Below, piece by piece: positions 13,231-28,018 of a DNA stretch of 64,000 bases. Made by a program: the position numbers and the translations under genes. How positions within the stretch are numbered: the first letter of the stretch is position 1; the number at the start of each line of letters is the position of its first letter. Below the pieces are notes generated by a model that had not been told where the DNA came from, searched no databases, and saw nothing but the letters and a program-made list of their open reading frames with translations. The DNA comes from Azolla caroliniana (taxonomy: Eukaryota > Plantae > Polypodiophyta): positions 18,104,001 to 18,168,000 of the forward strand of contig JBHGNT010000010.1 in the NCBI GenBank assembly GCA_043228905.1, in the 5' to 3' direction.

Positions 13231-14738
13231 GAGACAGAAGGATGTGTTCCTTATCGGTCTGGTAAAAAGAAGACAGAAGTAGGATGGGAAGCAATGAACT
13301 TTTCTTCTTGATCTGAGAAGAAGAAAGCAGAAGAAAGTTATTTTTTGTTCATCTGGGAAGGATGTACAATGTTCATTGATCTGCGTAAAGGAAACTCAAT
13401 AGATGCATCCTTTGGCTTGGCGACACCATAGTCGTCTTAATTGGCAGAAGAAGAAGAAGAAGAAGCTTTCTTAATTGATTTGTGTAAAGAAGAAGGAGAA
13501 CCATGAGAAGATATATGTTAATCTGAGTAAAGAAGATGGAGATGGAGAAGGAGAACAGGAAAAGAAAACTGTGTTTTTGCGTACCTCACTCGATCTACAG
13601 ATCCTTCTTTGCTGCAGGCCATGGCGTTGTTAAGCTTTGGAAGAGAAGCAGGAGGAGGAGGAGGAGGAGGAGGTGGTGGAGGTGGAGGATGAGGGCCGCC
13701 ATAACCACGAAGCTTAGAGCGAGCAAAACCACCATTTGAAGTCAGAGGTCTTCTTCGTCTTCTTCTTCTTCTCTCCAAACGTACCGATTTAGAAGCCACG
13801 TCTTCTTCTTCCTCCTCCTCTTCTTCTTCTTCTTCTTCTTCTTCTTCCTCCTCCTCTTCTCCATCTCCATCTCCATCTCCTCCTGCTTTTTCTACTCCAT
13901 CTGCAGCAGAAGCAGAAGCAGAAGCAAGAGAAGAAGAAGAAATTGGCACGGAGAGATTATGATTACTGACAGTAGTACCACCATTAGGTTTAATCGAAGC
14001 CTCATTATTGACTAAAGACCGGCTACACCTCGTTCTCTTGGATCCATGGCCCCACTGCGGGAGCTGCGACCCGAGGCCATCTCTGCATCTCTTCGAACTA
14101 CTACTCACGTAACCATTCATGTCTTGCTCACGATCACTACTCGTGGTAACCTCTGTCACAGAAGCTCCCATGGCCGAGGCATCGCGAGCTTTCATGGCGG
14201 ATGTAGAATTAGTAACTGTGGCAGAAGGAGATTCACTTGTATTATTAGTGCTAAGCAACGGATTAGATCCTCTCATTGTAGTGATTTTTGCTGCATTAAC
14301 GCCATTGGTACTACTGTGTTGGATCGGATTTGTTAACCCTGTTGAAGACCCCCGCAGTCGAAGGTTTCCATTATCATAACTACTAGTATTGTTGTTATAA
14401 GAAGAAGACGAGGGTAAAATATCGTTGCCTGTTGCAGAAGCTTTACTTCCACCATAGCCATATCCATATCCATAGCCATAGCCATAGCCATTTCCATAGC
14501 CAATATCTGATCCTCCTCCTTTTCCATTACTTAATCTTCTCTTTCCTTCGCTGATTATTAGGCTTCCTGCATCTCTGATCTGTGTCTTCACTGGAGACGT
14601 GCTAGTTACTACTCTCTTGATCTTCTTCTTCTTCTTCTTCTCATCCTCCTGCACAGAGAGCAATGTTCCAATCTCTCTGTAGATTTTACACAGAAAATAA
14701 GAAGAAAACCACGAATCAGTAATTTGACGCATTTCCAT
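11750..14738 (-). CDS. DUF1639-family protein; exons ~14738(start uncertain)-13585, 13125-12705, 11971-11894, 11803-11750
   Basis: QWGHGSKRTRC N-terminal motif; DUF1639 core WPRIILGLTRKEKEDDFLVMKGTSKLPQRPKKRPKVVEKALH|YCTPGYWLSDLSRGRYDVREKK..KK|KARGLKHMESAESDSDS*. GT-AG junctions restore the frame. The true start may lie in an upstream exon (acceptor at ~14677). Confidence 0.85.
13146..13226. repeat. compound (CT)n(CA)n microsatellite in DUF1639 intron
   Basis: direct reading. Confidence 0.95.
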
Positions 14739-14851
14739 CAATCAAACTGAGGTTTTAATCTTTGTAATGTGTAGGATCTCTGAACATCTGAAGGAAAAGA
14801 GAAGAAGAAGACGCTGTCTCTCGGGGGGGGGGGAGAGAGAGAGAGATGAAA

Positions 14852-15310
14852 GGAAGCAATTTGGCTCAGAAGAGAAGCAACGATCATGCACATGAATTTA
14901 TCACAAAGGTTTCATAGCCAATGCAGGAAAAAGGAGAAGACGCTCGCATCAGTCAAATGAAACGAACAGAAACCCTAATTATAGGAGAGAGAAGATGAGA
15001 GAGAAACCCGCTCCAAAGAAAAGCTTATCATCATGATCATCTCTCTCTCTCTCTCCATTCTTTCCAAAGACATCGACCGAGTGAGAGAGATTTAAAGAAG
15101 CAAATTGGTTCAGAAGAGGAGCAACAATCACGCAGATAAACTCAATCAAGCAGAGATTTCATAGCCATTGCCGAAAGAAGAAGAAGACAACGACGACTGT
15201 TGCACCAGTGAAAAGGAACGAACAGAAACCCTAATTACAGAGAGAGAGAGAGAGAGAAACGATAAGATAGACATCTATTCTAAAGGAAAGCTTCTCATCA
15301 TCATCTCTCT
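14852..15310. repeat. diverged ~245-bp tandem duplication carrying telo-box AAACCCTA, in the 5' region of the DUF1639 gene
   Basis: aagcaa.ttgg.tcagaagag.agcaac..ttcatagcca.tgc..aacgaacagaaaccctaatta..aagctt.tcatcat at ~14855 and ~15098. Confidence 0.7.
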
Positions 15311-15905
15311 CGCTCTCTCCAATTTTTTAAGAAGAAGATTAGGCCTGCAATCCAATCCTTTGACACAGACAAAATTCCATAGATATGGCGACCTAAGACA
15401 TATGAAAGCAATGAATATTATGCATTGGACATATGAACCCATCGCAGACAGAGAGAGACGATCCGAGCAGTAGCGGAGAAAGAGATAAACAGAGGCAGAG
15501 ATAATGGCAGAGATATACTATTTTGAATACAAGAGGAGAAACTAACCTCATGTCGCCAGCGATGAAAGAAGAAATACGGGAAAAGAAAGATGGAAGATCA
15601 AGGAGATTTATAGAAGGGGAACCCAATTAAACTGCGAAACAGATCACAGAAGTATAGATGCCATATCCAAAAGAGAAAAAACAAGGTTAGTTCACAACAA
15701 AATCTCTGGATCGGCGAGGAGATTTTGAGTGTATAATAAGCGAATTTTATCTTCTGCGGAAGGGAGAGTAAGGGTTGTGGCTATGGCGAGCTTGCTTGGC
15801 GAAGCTTTTTAATGTGATGTTGGGGAGGGAGGGAGGGAGAGAGAGGAGGTGGGGCGTGAAGCAGAGGGGAATCGGTTAAATTAAAAGGCTTTGAATCAGA
15901 AATGG

Positions 15906-15911
<6 letters not shown>

Positions 15912-15977
<66 letters not shown>
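15912..15977. repeat. (GA)n microsatellite; CT tract on the DUF1639 sense strand, probably 5'UTR/promoter
   Basis: direct reading; followed by GAA-rich low-complexity sequence to ~16300. Confidence 0.9.
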
Positions 15978-15981
<4 letters not shown>

Positions 15982-18900
15982 GAGAGAAGCTCTGAAGGTA
16001 ATAATGGAGGGGGAAGGAGCTGTGGGTGAGGAATCAAGAGCTGTGCAGGGTAAATGGAGGGGAGAGGAATAGGGAAAGCTGTGCAGGGTAATGGAGGAGT
16101 GAAGGAGAAGGAAGGAGAAGGAAGGAAGGAGGAGGCAGAGGTGCGATGGCTATGGCGATGGCTATGGCGATGGAGGCAGAGACAGACAGACAGACAGAGG
16201 GGTGATGAAGAAGAAGAAGAAGAAGAAGCAGACGAAGAAGAAGAAGAGGGAAGAAAAGCAGGTATTAATAAAAAGTGGTGAGAAGAAGAAGAAGGGAAGA
16301 GATTAATTAAGCCATTAATTAGCCTAATCACCCTGATTAGTCCTAATCCCTTCTTCTTTTCTCATCTCACCTTATATATTAATTAAGCCTGCTCTCATCT
16401 CCCTTAATTACAACTAATTCGGTTCTCTCCCTTCACTAATCCAACTGAATGAGGTTTTTAAGTTCCCCCCACCCTTCACTAATTTACGTAATTAATCTAA
16501 TAATCCCAATCGCGATTAATTATCTGTTTTAATTAATTAATTAATTAATTCGATGAATTAATATGTTATTTTATTTATTTCTTTTCTTCTTCTTCTTCTT
16601 CTTTTTTAATTCTGTTTCTAAAATTATATATATTGCAATTTGTGTGTGTGTGTGTGTGTGTGTGTGTTTTTTTTCTCTCTTTCTTTTTAAAAGAGGAAAT
16701 GGAAATTATCTACAAATCTCCTTCTTATTTTTTTCTTGTATTAAATTTTATTTTTTTTCAATCGTTTTTACTCAAATTTCGTTATTGCTTAATTTGATTG
16801 AGTTAATTTTCGTTAATTCCTTACTTAATTATTACAATTTGGAGCTTTAATCCCTTTCTTTTTATACATATACAAACTGTGTATGTATATACATACACAC
16901 ATATACATATACATACATAAATATTTTTATTTTTATTTTTATTTATTTATTTTTATTTTCATTTATTTATTTATTTTTCTGCATAGTAGTAAATAAATGG
17001 ATGAATGAACAGAGATAAATTGGTTTCACACTTGGTCTTCTATTTCTCTATGTGTGTGTGTCTTTCTCTCTCTCTTTTTGTGTCGTTCTCACGTCGGGCC
17101 GCACCCCATCTCTTGCTCTATATATGTATCATGTGTTGATCCACACGCTTACATACGAACAAAACCCCGCACTAACATATGATCCATCGATTCTCGCTTA
17201 TTCTACCCCCCCCCCCTCCCTGGACTTGATCTGTGTTCGAACAACTATGGGCCGATTCATCCGAAATCGCCCTCTTCTCGTTCTTTCGGGGGCCTTCACC
17301 TCTGGTTGTTGCTTATTGGGTTTTGTTACACATCGGGGACAGAATCATAACCACAAAACAAGAGAAGCTTCAGGGTTTCCATATACTCGATCGACCCGTG
17401 GAACACTATATACTATATATTCTTTCCAATAGCATACGGATTTGTACTCATTGTCATGTTAATCTCCATAGGCTCCTCCCGTGAACTCAAGTAATAGCGT
17501 TGATCCTTGAATGCAACTTCGTGCTATTTACATGGTGGAACCAATACATACTCAATCTCTAACTATTCAAGTGTGCACTACATGACTAATTAATAATAAT
17601 GATTTGTCAAATGGCTAACACGACTAACCTTGATTTCTCCTTGGATGCAACATCTTGCCACCACCCATGTGACAACTTATATGAATCAGACAAACCCATC
17701 AAAAACATATCTCCTCTCTATCGGATTCAGTGTTCAAAACTACTCTTTGCAAAGATGGTTATTTGAATGGCCCACTGAGGTAATTCATTAATGTTGCTTA
17801 TGAAAACGAGGGTAATTTTGGGTTGCCACAAACTACAGGTTAGTTAGATCTGTTTCCTTGGGTTGTTTGGATCAACTCTTTCGTTCACTTGAGAGGAGTC
17901 ATGCTTGCTTTCCCTTTGTCCTCTTACAAAAGAACACCTTCCGCTTGGGAAGATGTGGGTCCATCTCATGCTAAGGTTTTCATATGGCCGCCATCCAAAT
18001 GGGCGCAACTTCTCCCCACGGGATGCTCCCTAGTAACACTTCTTGATGTAGGTAGGAGAACAAACGTCCAAGTGATATATATACATGCCAATTTCTTGGG
18101 TTCCTATGATCTTTCTCCTTGAAATACGTCACACCCCTTGAAAGAATTCGTCCAATAATTGTTGGTTTTCAACTAAACAAACACATCGTGGAAGTGGTTA
18201 CTTGTGCCCATTGTTCTAGGAAGCATGGATGATTGACTTGAAGATGGATAATAAAGGGAACAAAAGGAAATACGTAGTAAGGTAAAAGAGAAAAAGGGAG
18301 GTAAATATGGGGAGAAATTTAGAGAATGTTTTGTGTGGGTGCATGTGTGGGTGCAAGTAGAATGCTTCTACTCAATTATGTGGCCGCTATGAAGAAGTTG
18401 GAATATTGAAAGAAAACGGCCTATTTCGTGGAGGATAAACCCTTCTAGGATGCATTCTATGTGTAGTAATCAACATGCGTTTGGTTTGGGAGTCTCAAGC
18501 TCGAAATTGTTTTAACATTTCCAAACTTAATTGAACTAACCATTCAAACCAAACTGTTTGAGGATTTTTCTAGGCTTAGACCAAATGGTTCAAGAGGCCT
18601 ACAAACCGTTACGCCGCTAGGTTGCGTTTTCATAGTCCAATTCCGGCTCAAGTCAACTTTTTTAAGAAAGAAACCTAAAACTTAAAAGAACTATTAGGGT
18701 TCAAAGTTCGAAGTTAAAACTTCATAATTACATTATATATTACATCATTTATCAAGTTGATTTATATATTATTTCAAAAATGCCTTCCTAGTGCCTAAAC
18801 CGTTAAAACATTAGGTTGCTAAATTGTTAAGTCGTTAAACCATCAACTCATTAAGTTGTTAAGTAGTTACAATGTTAAGATGATGAAGGCTCAAACCAAA

Positions 18901-19649
18901 ATGTTTAAAATTTCCAAAACCTAAATCGAACCGAACTAGTTAAGCTATTAAGTTGCGGTGTCTAAGATCAATTAGACTAAAATTGAATCATTGTCAATTC
19001 CTATCCATGTGTTATAGGCTTAATGCGGTACATTTTGGTTTTTCATGCAGGATGTTGGGCCATTTTATGATGGAATGCCTAAAAACGTAATAAATGTTTA
19101 CAATCATCCTCCGTTTAAAATGGTAAAGAATTGGTCCTCGCATCAACAACAAAAAAAAGTGAGGTTCTAAAATGGGACAATCGAGTGAGCATGTTAAGGA
19201 AAAGTATATTGAGAAGAAGGTAATTGAGGTGTAACAATCAAGTGAGCTTCCTAAGAGAAGGAGAAGAGTAAAGACTTAATGGAGGAGCAAAGGCTATGCA
19301 TAATATATTTAGGACGGTCAAATCAGAGTCATCAAGGGGGCTTGAAAAAGCACAAAAGAGAAACAATGAACAATTTAATAGATTGGGGAGGAATGACAGA
19401 TTGGAACATTCAAATACCTTAAGAGGTTGACAATCAACAACGAGGGATGAGTAAGTCCACTGTGGGATAAATATAATATTTAATGTGTGGTTGAGTGTAA
19501 GGATCACAAAAGTGTTGGATCTAATTTTTCTGTGAAGGGTTATCTACTATGTTTTGTGGGGGTCATATAGTCTTTAGAAGATAGCACGCTATACAATCTT
19601 ATATACGCATCTCCCTTCATGTATTACAATGTCTAGTATTTATATGTTT

Positions 19650-21895
19650 GGGAGGTTGCATTCCCATTGTTTAGCTTTGAAATTAGATTTGCTTGTCGAT
19701 TGACCAATGATCACTTTCAACCTCAAAATGGTACCCCTTCTATTTAAGGAGACTTTGTTTAATCCTCTACCTAATATGCATAGGCTATGTCATTTTGACC
19801 ATGTACGCACCCACTAGAAGATCCACACATGACAAGCACATGGGAAAATAGATTCCATTAACAAAACGAGAGCAAGGGAATTTATGCGGACGACACAGGG
19901 TTGGGTATCAACTAGTTTAATAATTGGGGGTGAAGATAGTGCTTGCAATGTGGGCATGACATGAGCAACTAAGAGGTTTGGTTGTAGATATTGCTTCGTT
20001 AGAAGAGGGGTGATGGACTCAAATGGGATCATAGCTTGGTTTGTGTCGTCTTTGGTCCCAATGGACATAAGATGGTGGAATTCAAGAGATGTCCATTTGG
20101 ATTCCTATGGTTGCTCTCAAGATTCATGAACTAGGAATTGTGTCTTGTTGGAGTAGAGCATCATGGTTCGAGTAATAAAGGTGGAACTCGAGAACTTGTA
20201 GTTGCGCTAACATCTAATGTTAACATGGCACAAACTATTGTTGATTGACTTCTAGTTGCAATTGGAGCTAAAGTTGTTGGTCCATGATGTCCATTTCAAA
20301 TGTTGCAACTAGGAACATGCTCTTGTGGCTAGGTCGTTGAAGAGGTGACACAAGAATGTAGTGGATCAAACCAATTGGTTTGTACCTCCTTGAAGCGATT
20401 GATGAGGTCAACATGCTCTTGTTGAAAGCTTGATTTCAATCTCAATCTCATGTGAGCCCTTTGTTTGTTTGTAACCTCCCAAAGGTTCACATGAGTGTGT
20501 TACATTTTGCATTTTGTGGTCATTGCCTCATAAAAACAATAGGAGGTTGGACTTCAACTCCTTTTCCATGGTGCAGAGTTGATTTTGTAGCATATTAGTG
20601 GTGTTACGATCCTCCATGTTATGGGTCATGTGATGTTTGATAGTTTCACAAGTGCATTGGATGCGTGTGAGTTGTATATTCAAGGTTTCCACCTAGAATT
20701 TTGTGTGTCATAGGGTAGTGGCCTTCTCACAAGCCTCTTGTTCAATTGATTAGACATCAATTACTTAGTGGTGATGGCAAGACATTGAGCGCCGAAGAGA
20801 AATTGCTCCACAATGTTTCCAACAATCATTATTTTGCTAGTTGGTGGGTGGTAGAGTGAAAATTGAGGGGTGGGGTGAGGTTCTTCGCCTTCTTCTTAAC
20901 ATTTAGTAAACTTGAGGTCGAGTATAAGCCTTTCTTAACTCCTTAAATCTCTAATTTGTTATAACCGTAACTATTCAACTTAATCTCACTATATGACCTA
21001 AACTTAAGTGTTAATGTTCAATGTTTGTTTTGGTTGTTGGGACTTTTAAATGGTGATCCCTTATTCCCTCAATCTAATGCTTGATTGCTCTCTTGGTCTA
21101 ATATTTTCAATAATTTTAAATTAGTATTTTTGTTATTAAGCATACTTCATTGAATTTAGACCTCTTGGGTGTGTGTTTTAAGTGTTCAATTTAGATATTG
21201 TATGCTCATTTACATATATTTTTTGATAGGCTTAGGACAATTGCTTGACACGAACCCCTACTTATATTGCCAATGATGGACTAGACGTAGTCCCAACACA
21301 ATAGATACTAATTCTAAAAGTAATTAGAACTAGTTATATAAAAGTTAGGTAAGCCCTAAAGTCCCCACATTTGTCTCCTTGTATGGGACTAGGGCAACAC
21401 TCCTAGACTTTTCTTGAGTTTTTTGTAAACTCTCATGACAAGCTTGTAAATCATAGGTGTGAAGAAAAACTTAGCAACAAAGAGGGCTCGAGGTGCTCTC
21501 TAATGTGCTTAGGTGCATAGTTGACTTAATCTCCCCTAATATTAATCACGTGGCTATGATTCTATAATCATCGACCATTGTTTCATAACCTTTCACATTT
21601 TTATATTTATTTTTAGTCTTATTCCTTAATTTTATTTTATTTGGTGTTGATTGCTCATTTAATTTCCTCTACTTAATTCAGAACTTTGAGGAATATTTAT
21701 AGCCCGTAATGTTCTTTATTGAGTTTCCCCGACGGGGCTAATATGATTTCCATTTCTAATGGTCACTACTAAGCCCCAATGGCTTGTGTTCCTCAAAGTA
21801 GAGTCATTGAAGGATTAAGGGACCTCAATCCCCAATTGCAAATATCGTGGCATACATCAACATATAAAAACACGTACCTTTCCACTCCATACAAC
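19650..21895 (-). mobile_element. highly decayed Ty3/gypsy internal region (gag/protease relic)
   Basis: Minus strand ~19740-19900 gives broken VNGIYFP..VD..GAY..ILGRG..RGTI, resembling a retropepsin C-terminus (LLGRPWL); many stops. Confidence 0.35.
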
Positions 21896-22403
21896 TGTGT
21901 CCAAGCCTGGAAGGATTCTTAAGTTAATTTGAAATTAACACAAACCTAAATCATTACAATAATTAAGGAATATCTTAGTCTTAATTAAATAGATAATTAT
22001 TACATAAAAAATTAAGTAACAAATGTATATCTCGATGAATTAGTGTATAACAAATTATATGGAAGAAAGTGACTCTTAGTGTATGCAAATGGGAGAGAAT
22101 GAGGACCAAATGGTAGCCCTAAAGTTGTAGCACTCAAAGGCCCTTATTACATAAGAGCTCTTGCACTTTTATAGAAGTTAAAAACCCTAAATGGTCCATT
22201 TCACATTACAAACCCATTGGTCATTAGCCATCCCTACCTAATAAAGAGGGTTTCTCCACAAATCATAACCTGACCATGTTTCTTATCTACAATTGGTCTA
22301 TCACTAATATCTCATACTAGAAATATTACGTCGTATAGGATTGTTAGAATATGACATTATTTCTCTTATAATGTTATCTTGCCTACCAACGTTAAGACTA
22401 TTA

Positions 22404-25400
22404 TGTTGAACTCAATTTCCCTTAGAGATAGTTTTGTAATTAGTAAAAAGGGCACTTGCCCTAAACTAGTTGGTATTTAAACCAACTCTTTGTAAACTAG
22501 TTACTGTTGGATGTAATCTTATTTTTCTTTGAATACAACCTCTTGTTCTAAGTTCTCTCTCTCTCTCTCTCTCTCTCTCTCCTTACGTGCACTCACACAC
22601 AAAGAGCTCGCTTCCGTTGTAGAGCATCACCTACGCCTCTTATTCTTTACATGGCATTAGAGTGTGTGGTTGTCTGATCGAGATTATTCAACTGTGTTGT
22701 GCTACACACCGGCGATCAAAACCGGTTCAAGCAACAGAGAAGAAACCGACATCATGAACACTCGGATGGGGAGCGCTCTTCCTATAGAGAAGCTCAACAT
22801 GACAAACTTCACATCTTGGGAATACAAGATGCATCAATACCTTGTCGGACAAGGTTATTGGAGATATATTGAAGGAGCTCACGAAACGCAACCCAACCCA
22901 AACCAACACACGCCGACTACCCAACATGCGAACAAGACACAAGCCGTGTGTTGTATTGTTTGACATCATGCGTTCATGATCACATGCTCGTTTATATTTG
23001 AGAGTCCAAAACGCTGAAAGAAGCTTAGGGCAATCTCAAGAAGATTTTCGTAGCCAACATGGCCGCACGTAAACTCCAACTCCGACATGAGTTAAACAAT
23101 ATGCAACAGAGGGGCATGTTGATCACCAGCTATACCTTGAAGATCAAGGAATTGTGTGATGCCCTCAGATCGATCAACGTCATCATCGGCGATGACGAAA
23201 TGGTGCAAATATGCCTCGACGACTTAGCACCGCGATTCGGCACGATTAGATCGACCATTCTCGCTAGGGAGAATCCTCCTTCCTTTTTAAATCTGCAGTC
23301 GATATTGTTGGTTGAAGAAAATCATGCCCGACAAAGGAGCACTGCACCGGATGTTCAGATGCTCTACTCCCAATCGGATGATAGAAGAGAATTCGACCGA
23401 GGAAATAGAGGTCGATTCGGCCAAGGGCGACAGGGTTAACCGACCCGAGAACGCTCCCACCAATGGCAGGACGATAGGAATAATCCTAGGGAGTTCGGTA
23501 GAAGGGGAGCCATCCTGTTGGACCGAGCCATCACACCAACCCGATTGAATGCGGGTATTGTGGGAAACTCGGACAGTACGAAGTGGAGTGCTGATAGAAG
23601 AAATGAGAGTCGGCTTCAACCAGTCGACAACTCGCGAACTATGCCACAAATTCTGACTATGAAGATCATGGCGGGATGTTCGTGATGAGGCATAAAGCAC
23701 ATTCGATGTCGGCACAGGGCCCGACAAGCACCTCTTCCTTAGTCGATGTATGGTTTGTAGACTCAAGAGCATCCAATCATATGACATCCCATGAAGATTG
23801 GTTCTGAGAGTTGAGAAAGCTCGATCAACTCGGCTACGTCGAAATCAGAGACAACACAACCCACTCGATTCAGCATATCAGAAATGTCCCATTCGGGAAC
23901 AACGTCAAACAAACCTACCTAAAGAACGTACTGCATGTCCCAACCATCACGAAAAACTTGGTCTTGGTAGGCTCAATTGTTGAACAAGGCATGCAAGTAC
24001 GATTCAATAATGAAGGGTGCTTTATTGAGAAAGAAGGCCAACTAGTAGCTCACGGTCGAAGAGAATGCCGGATGTTCATCCTTGAATCGAACGAGGTGAA
24101 GTTGCCATGTTCACCAAAGGCCTCAAAGTCAAAACTGACTTGAAATTGTGGCACAAGTGAATTGGCCACATCATCTCCAAAATCTTAAAGGAATGCAATT
24201 GGAAGGAGTCATAATCGGACTCCCGACACTTACCGAAAAGGAGATAGTAGGTGTATGTGAAGCTTGTTAATTCGGCAAACAACACCAACATCCATTCCCG
24301 AAAGAGAGGAATGTGAGCAAAGGGATCTTGGATGTAGTACATTAAGATGTGTGGGGACCAGCCCAGGCGACAATATTCAATGGTTGCCGATATTATGTCA
24401 CGTTCATCGACGACTTCTTGAGGCATGCTTGGATCTATCCTATGCGGCAGAAGAGTGAAGTGTTCAGACACTTCTAGAGGTTTAAAAACGAAGTCGAAAA
24501 AGCCACAAGTCGGCATGTCCGATGCCTTCGATTGGATGGAGTCAAGGAGTATTTCTCGGACGGGTTACAACATATCTCTGAAAGGAAGGAATTCGACGAG
24601 TCATGTGGACATACACCTCAGCAAAACGGAGTAGCCGAACAGAAGAATTGGTATATAGTAGAGGTAGCAATGGCCATGCTGAACAAGAAGAACCTGCCGA
24701 AATAGTCTGGGTAGAAACGGCTAACACAACCGTCTATCTCATGAATAGATGTACAACCTCTGGGGTACGCGATGTAACCCCTCATGAGAAGTTTTTCGGA
24801 AAGACGCCAGATCTATCACATATCCGGATATTCGGCTTGATCGCATATGTACACATTCCCGACGAGAAGCGACAAAAGCTCAACTCGAAATTAGAGAAAT
24901 GTATCCTAGTAGGATACTCACTCGAATAAAAGGGGTACAAATGTTACAACCCATCTACCCAAAAAGTTAGGGTGAGTTGAGACGTCGTTTTCGATGAGTC
25001 AACATCCTGGTACGAGCAAGAGACGACTTCAATTTCAACCTCACTCGACCGAATGAGAGATGGAAGACGAAGATCGATTGAGGCACATGTATGACGAAAG
25101 TCCGATTACGACAAGGCTGAGCGGATCACAAGAGCCCCTGAGTGACCAAAGCCCATCTCGGCCGAGTTTGAGGTCAGATAAAGGAAAGACCAAAATGCCG
25201 GAATACGATGATCCGATCGACAATGAGTCAACTCACTCCCTTGACAGTGAGTTCGAAGGCCTGGACATCTCAATCATACGGTGTCGCGGGATTCCACGCT
25301 TGCATGTCGAATCCAGGCGGGACCACCGGGGTCATGGACCAGGAGAGAGGAGGCTGTCGGAGGCTCGAGTCCTTGGGATCTTGCCGCACTGCCGATTTCT

Positions 25401-27955
25401 TCTCGGCTGCGACCGATAACCGTCAGTGGAGTGAGAAGACACACGCTCATCTTCACTACCCCTCGGTTCGTATGTACAAGGGCCCAAAATAGGCACGGGT
25501 CACGACCCGGTTAACCGCGCCTGTGCGCACGCACGCACACATATACACCTGGTTTTGACCGGCTCTTCGGCACCGGTTAGAACTCAGCCTCACGCACACG
25601 ACGCCGGTTCCACACAGAGAGGGAAAGAGGGAGCTTGCATCCTGGGACCGGTCGGGGAGCACCCGGGCTCAGACACGCGACGAGATCCTCGTGCAGGGCA
25701 CGCCCCTTTTCTTGAACGACCACCTCTTGCTGCCGAACCGCCTACCAGGAGTGTTCAGCTCGCCGTCTCCTGTGGGTCTTGCACGCCAGAGAAGAGGGAG
25801 CTTGCTACCATACAACTGAGTGCGCAGTTCACCACAAATGATAACGAAGACACCTTAACACCTGCACACACACAGACGCCCACGAACTCACATCTTCAAC
25901 AGAACGGAAGACCTTCAAAAAGGGCACACAGAAACCCTAACAGAAACAAAGAAAAGAGAACAAGACGAAAGGAAGAAGACACAGAAGTAGAACAGAAAAT
26001 GTTGTGTTATATTACATAGGAACAACAATGGAACCCGTAGAGGGGAACTCTGTGAACCCTAAAGCATACAAATCAGGACAGAGCCTGAAGAGAGAAAGAG
26101 CAAAATTGGAACTCAAGCGAAAAAACTGGGAACCCCTATACAAAGGGCGTGCCCTCCCTTTTATAGAACAAGGTGAGGGTCGCGTGGAATGTGAGATAAA
26201 CCCACGATACATGGGATTCTCTGTCTCGTAATTATTGCCGTTCGGTGCCATAAAGGCGCCCCTATTCCCTATACAAATTTACAAGGATGGGTGCACACGT
26301 TGCACCTCGCCGATTCCTCCAATATCTCCTGGTTTCTCACTATGTGCCGGAAACTTCATGACAATGGACAAATGGAGCCAAGAAAGACTTAGTCTCTACA
26401 AACGAGAGGTTTCGTCGCTCCACCCAGTTTCGAATAGAGCAAACACCCGAAAGCAGTCCGCCGACTCAAGAAGCCGCTATATGGACTCAAGCAAGCACCA
26501 TGTGCTTGGCATTCGAAGATCACCCAATATCTTCACCAAATCGGCTTTCGAATGTCGAAATCGGACAACTCCCTATACATATGAAATGAGTCAAACAACC
26601 CAATTGGCAGATTCATCCTTTACGTGGATGATCTGGTCATTAGAGGAAAGGACGTCGCCGACATTAATAAGGTCAAAATGCTCCTATCCGGTAGATTCGA
26701 AATGAAAGTCATGAATGAGCTCCATTACTTCCTCGGTATCGAAGTAATTCGGACACCAGTCAGGATATTGATCTCTTAACGGCACTACATTCTCAACTTA
26801 CTCTACAAGTTTGGGATGATTGAGTGCAAACCTGTGTCGATCCCTCTCGATTGAAATCTCAAGCTTGATGCCGATTTGGGAACATAAGATTGTGAGCCGA
26901 CTCAATATCGCCAACTGATTGGTAGATTAATCTATCTAACCATTACCCGGCCCAACCTCAACTATTTGGTTGGTCTACTTAGCCAATTTATGGAAAAACC
27001 TCAGGCCATACATCTCGATTGTGCTAAGAGAGTACTCAAGTACGTTTGTGGGGCAATGGAGTATGACATCATGTATAAGGTCGACACGATCATTCAACTC
27101 AAAGGGTACACAGATGCAGACTGGGTCGGCTATAAGGCCGATCGACAATCAACTTCGGGATTCGTCTTCTCTCTCGGTAGCGGCACGATCTCTTGGAGTA
27201 GTAAGAAGCAACCGACAGTTGCAATGTCGAGCACACACGCCGAATATAGGGGTGCGACTGTTGCTGCATGCGAGGCCGTTTGGTAAAACACATATTGAAG
27301 GATATGGGTGTTCCCATCAAAGATCCGATTCCCCTCTTCTCTAACAACATGAACATTATCTACCTAGCTTGGAACCTCGTGTTTCACGCGCGGACCAAGC
27401 ATATCGAAGTGCACTATCACTTCATCCAAGAGCGCGTACAGGCTGGAGATGTCGATTTACAACACATTAGCACGAATCTTCAGGTGGCCAACATCTTCAC
27501 AAAAGCCTTGGGCATCGACAAGTTGTGGTAGTTCGTGACGAGCCTTGGCCTCTTGATCATTGACCAGTCGAGCTTGAGGAGTACAACAGCCGAAGTCGAG
27601 CAGTAGCCGATTGATGTGGACCAGAGGAGTCGAAGTACGATGATAATCGGGTTGAACAAGGAGCATGAAGCCCAACTTTTCGACGTTCGGAAGTTGTGTT
27701 CGATGGGGCGTGTTGAGAATTGAGCTAAACTTCCCTTAGAGATAGTGTTCACACTAGCCAGTGGACATCACACTAGGATAGTTTTGTAATTAATAAAAAG
27801 GGCACTTGTCCTAGACTAGTTGGTATTTAAACCAACTGTTTGTAACCTAGTTATTGTTGGATGTAATCTTATTTTTCTTTGAATACAACCTCTTGTTCTA
27901 AGTTCTCTCTCTCTCTCTCTCTCTCGCTCTCTCTCTGCCTTGCCTTACGTGCACT

Positions 27956-28018
<63 letters not shown>

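Noticed and set aside
15876-16850. ORFs rich in SL/ER/F repeats
   Set aside because: Translations of microsatellite and low-complexity promoter sequence.
17880-18200. Possible plant mobile domain / MULE relic (WRPYE on the minus strand)
   Set aside because: A single short motif with no supporting frame or terminal repeats.
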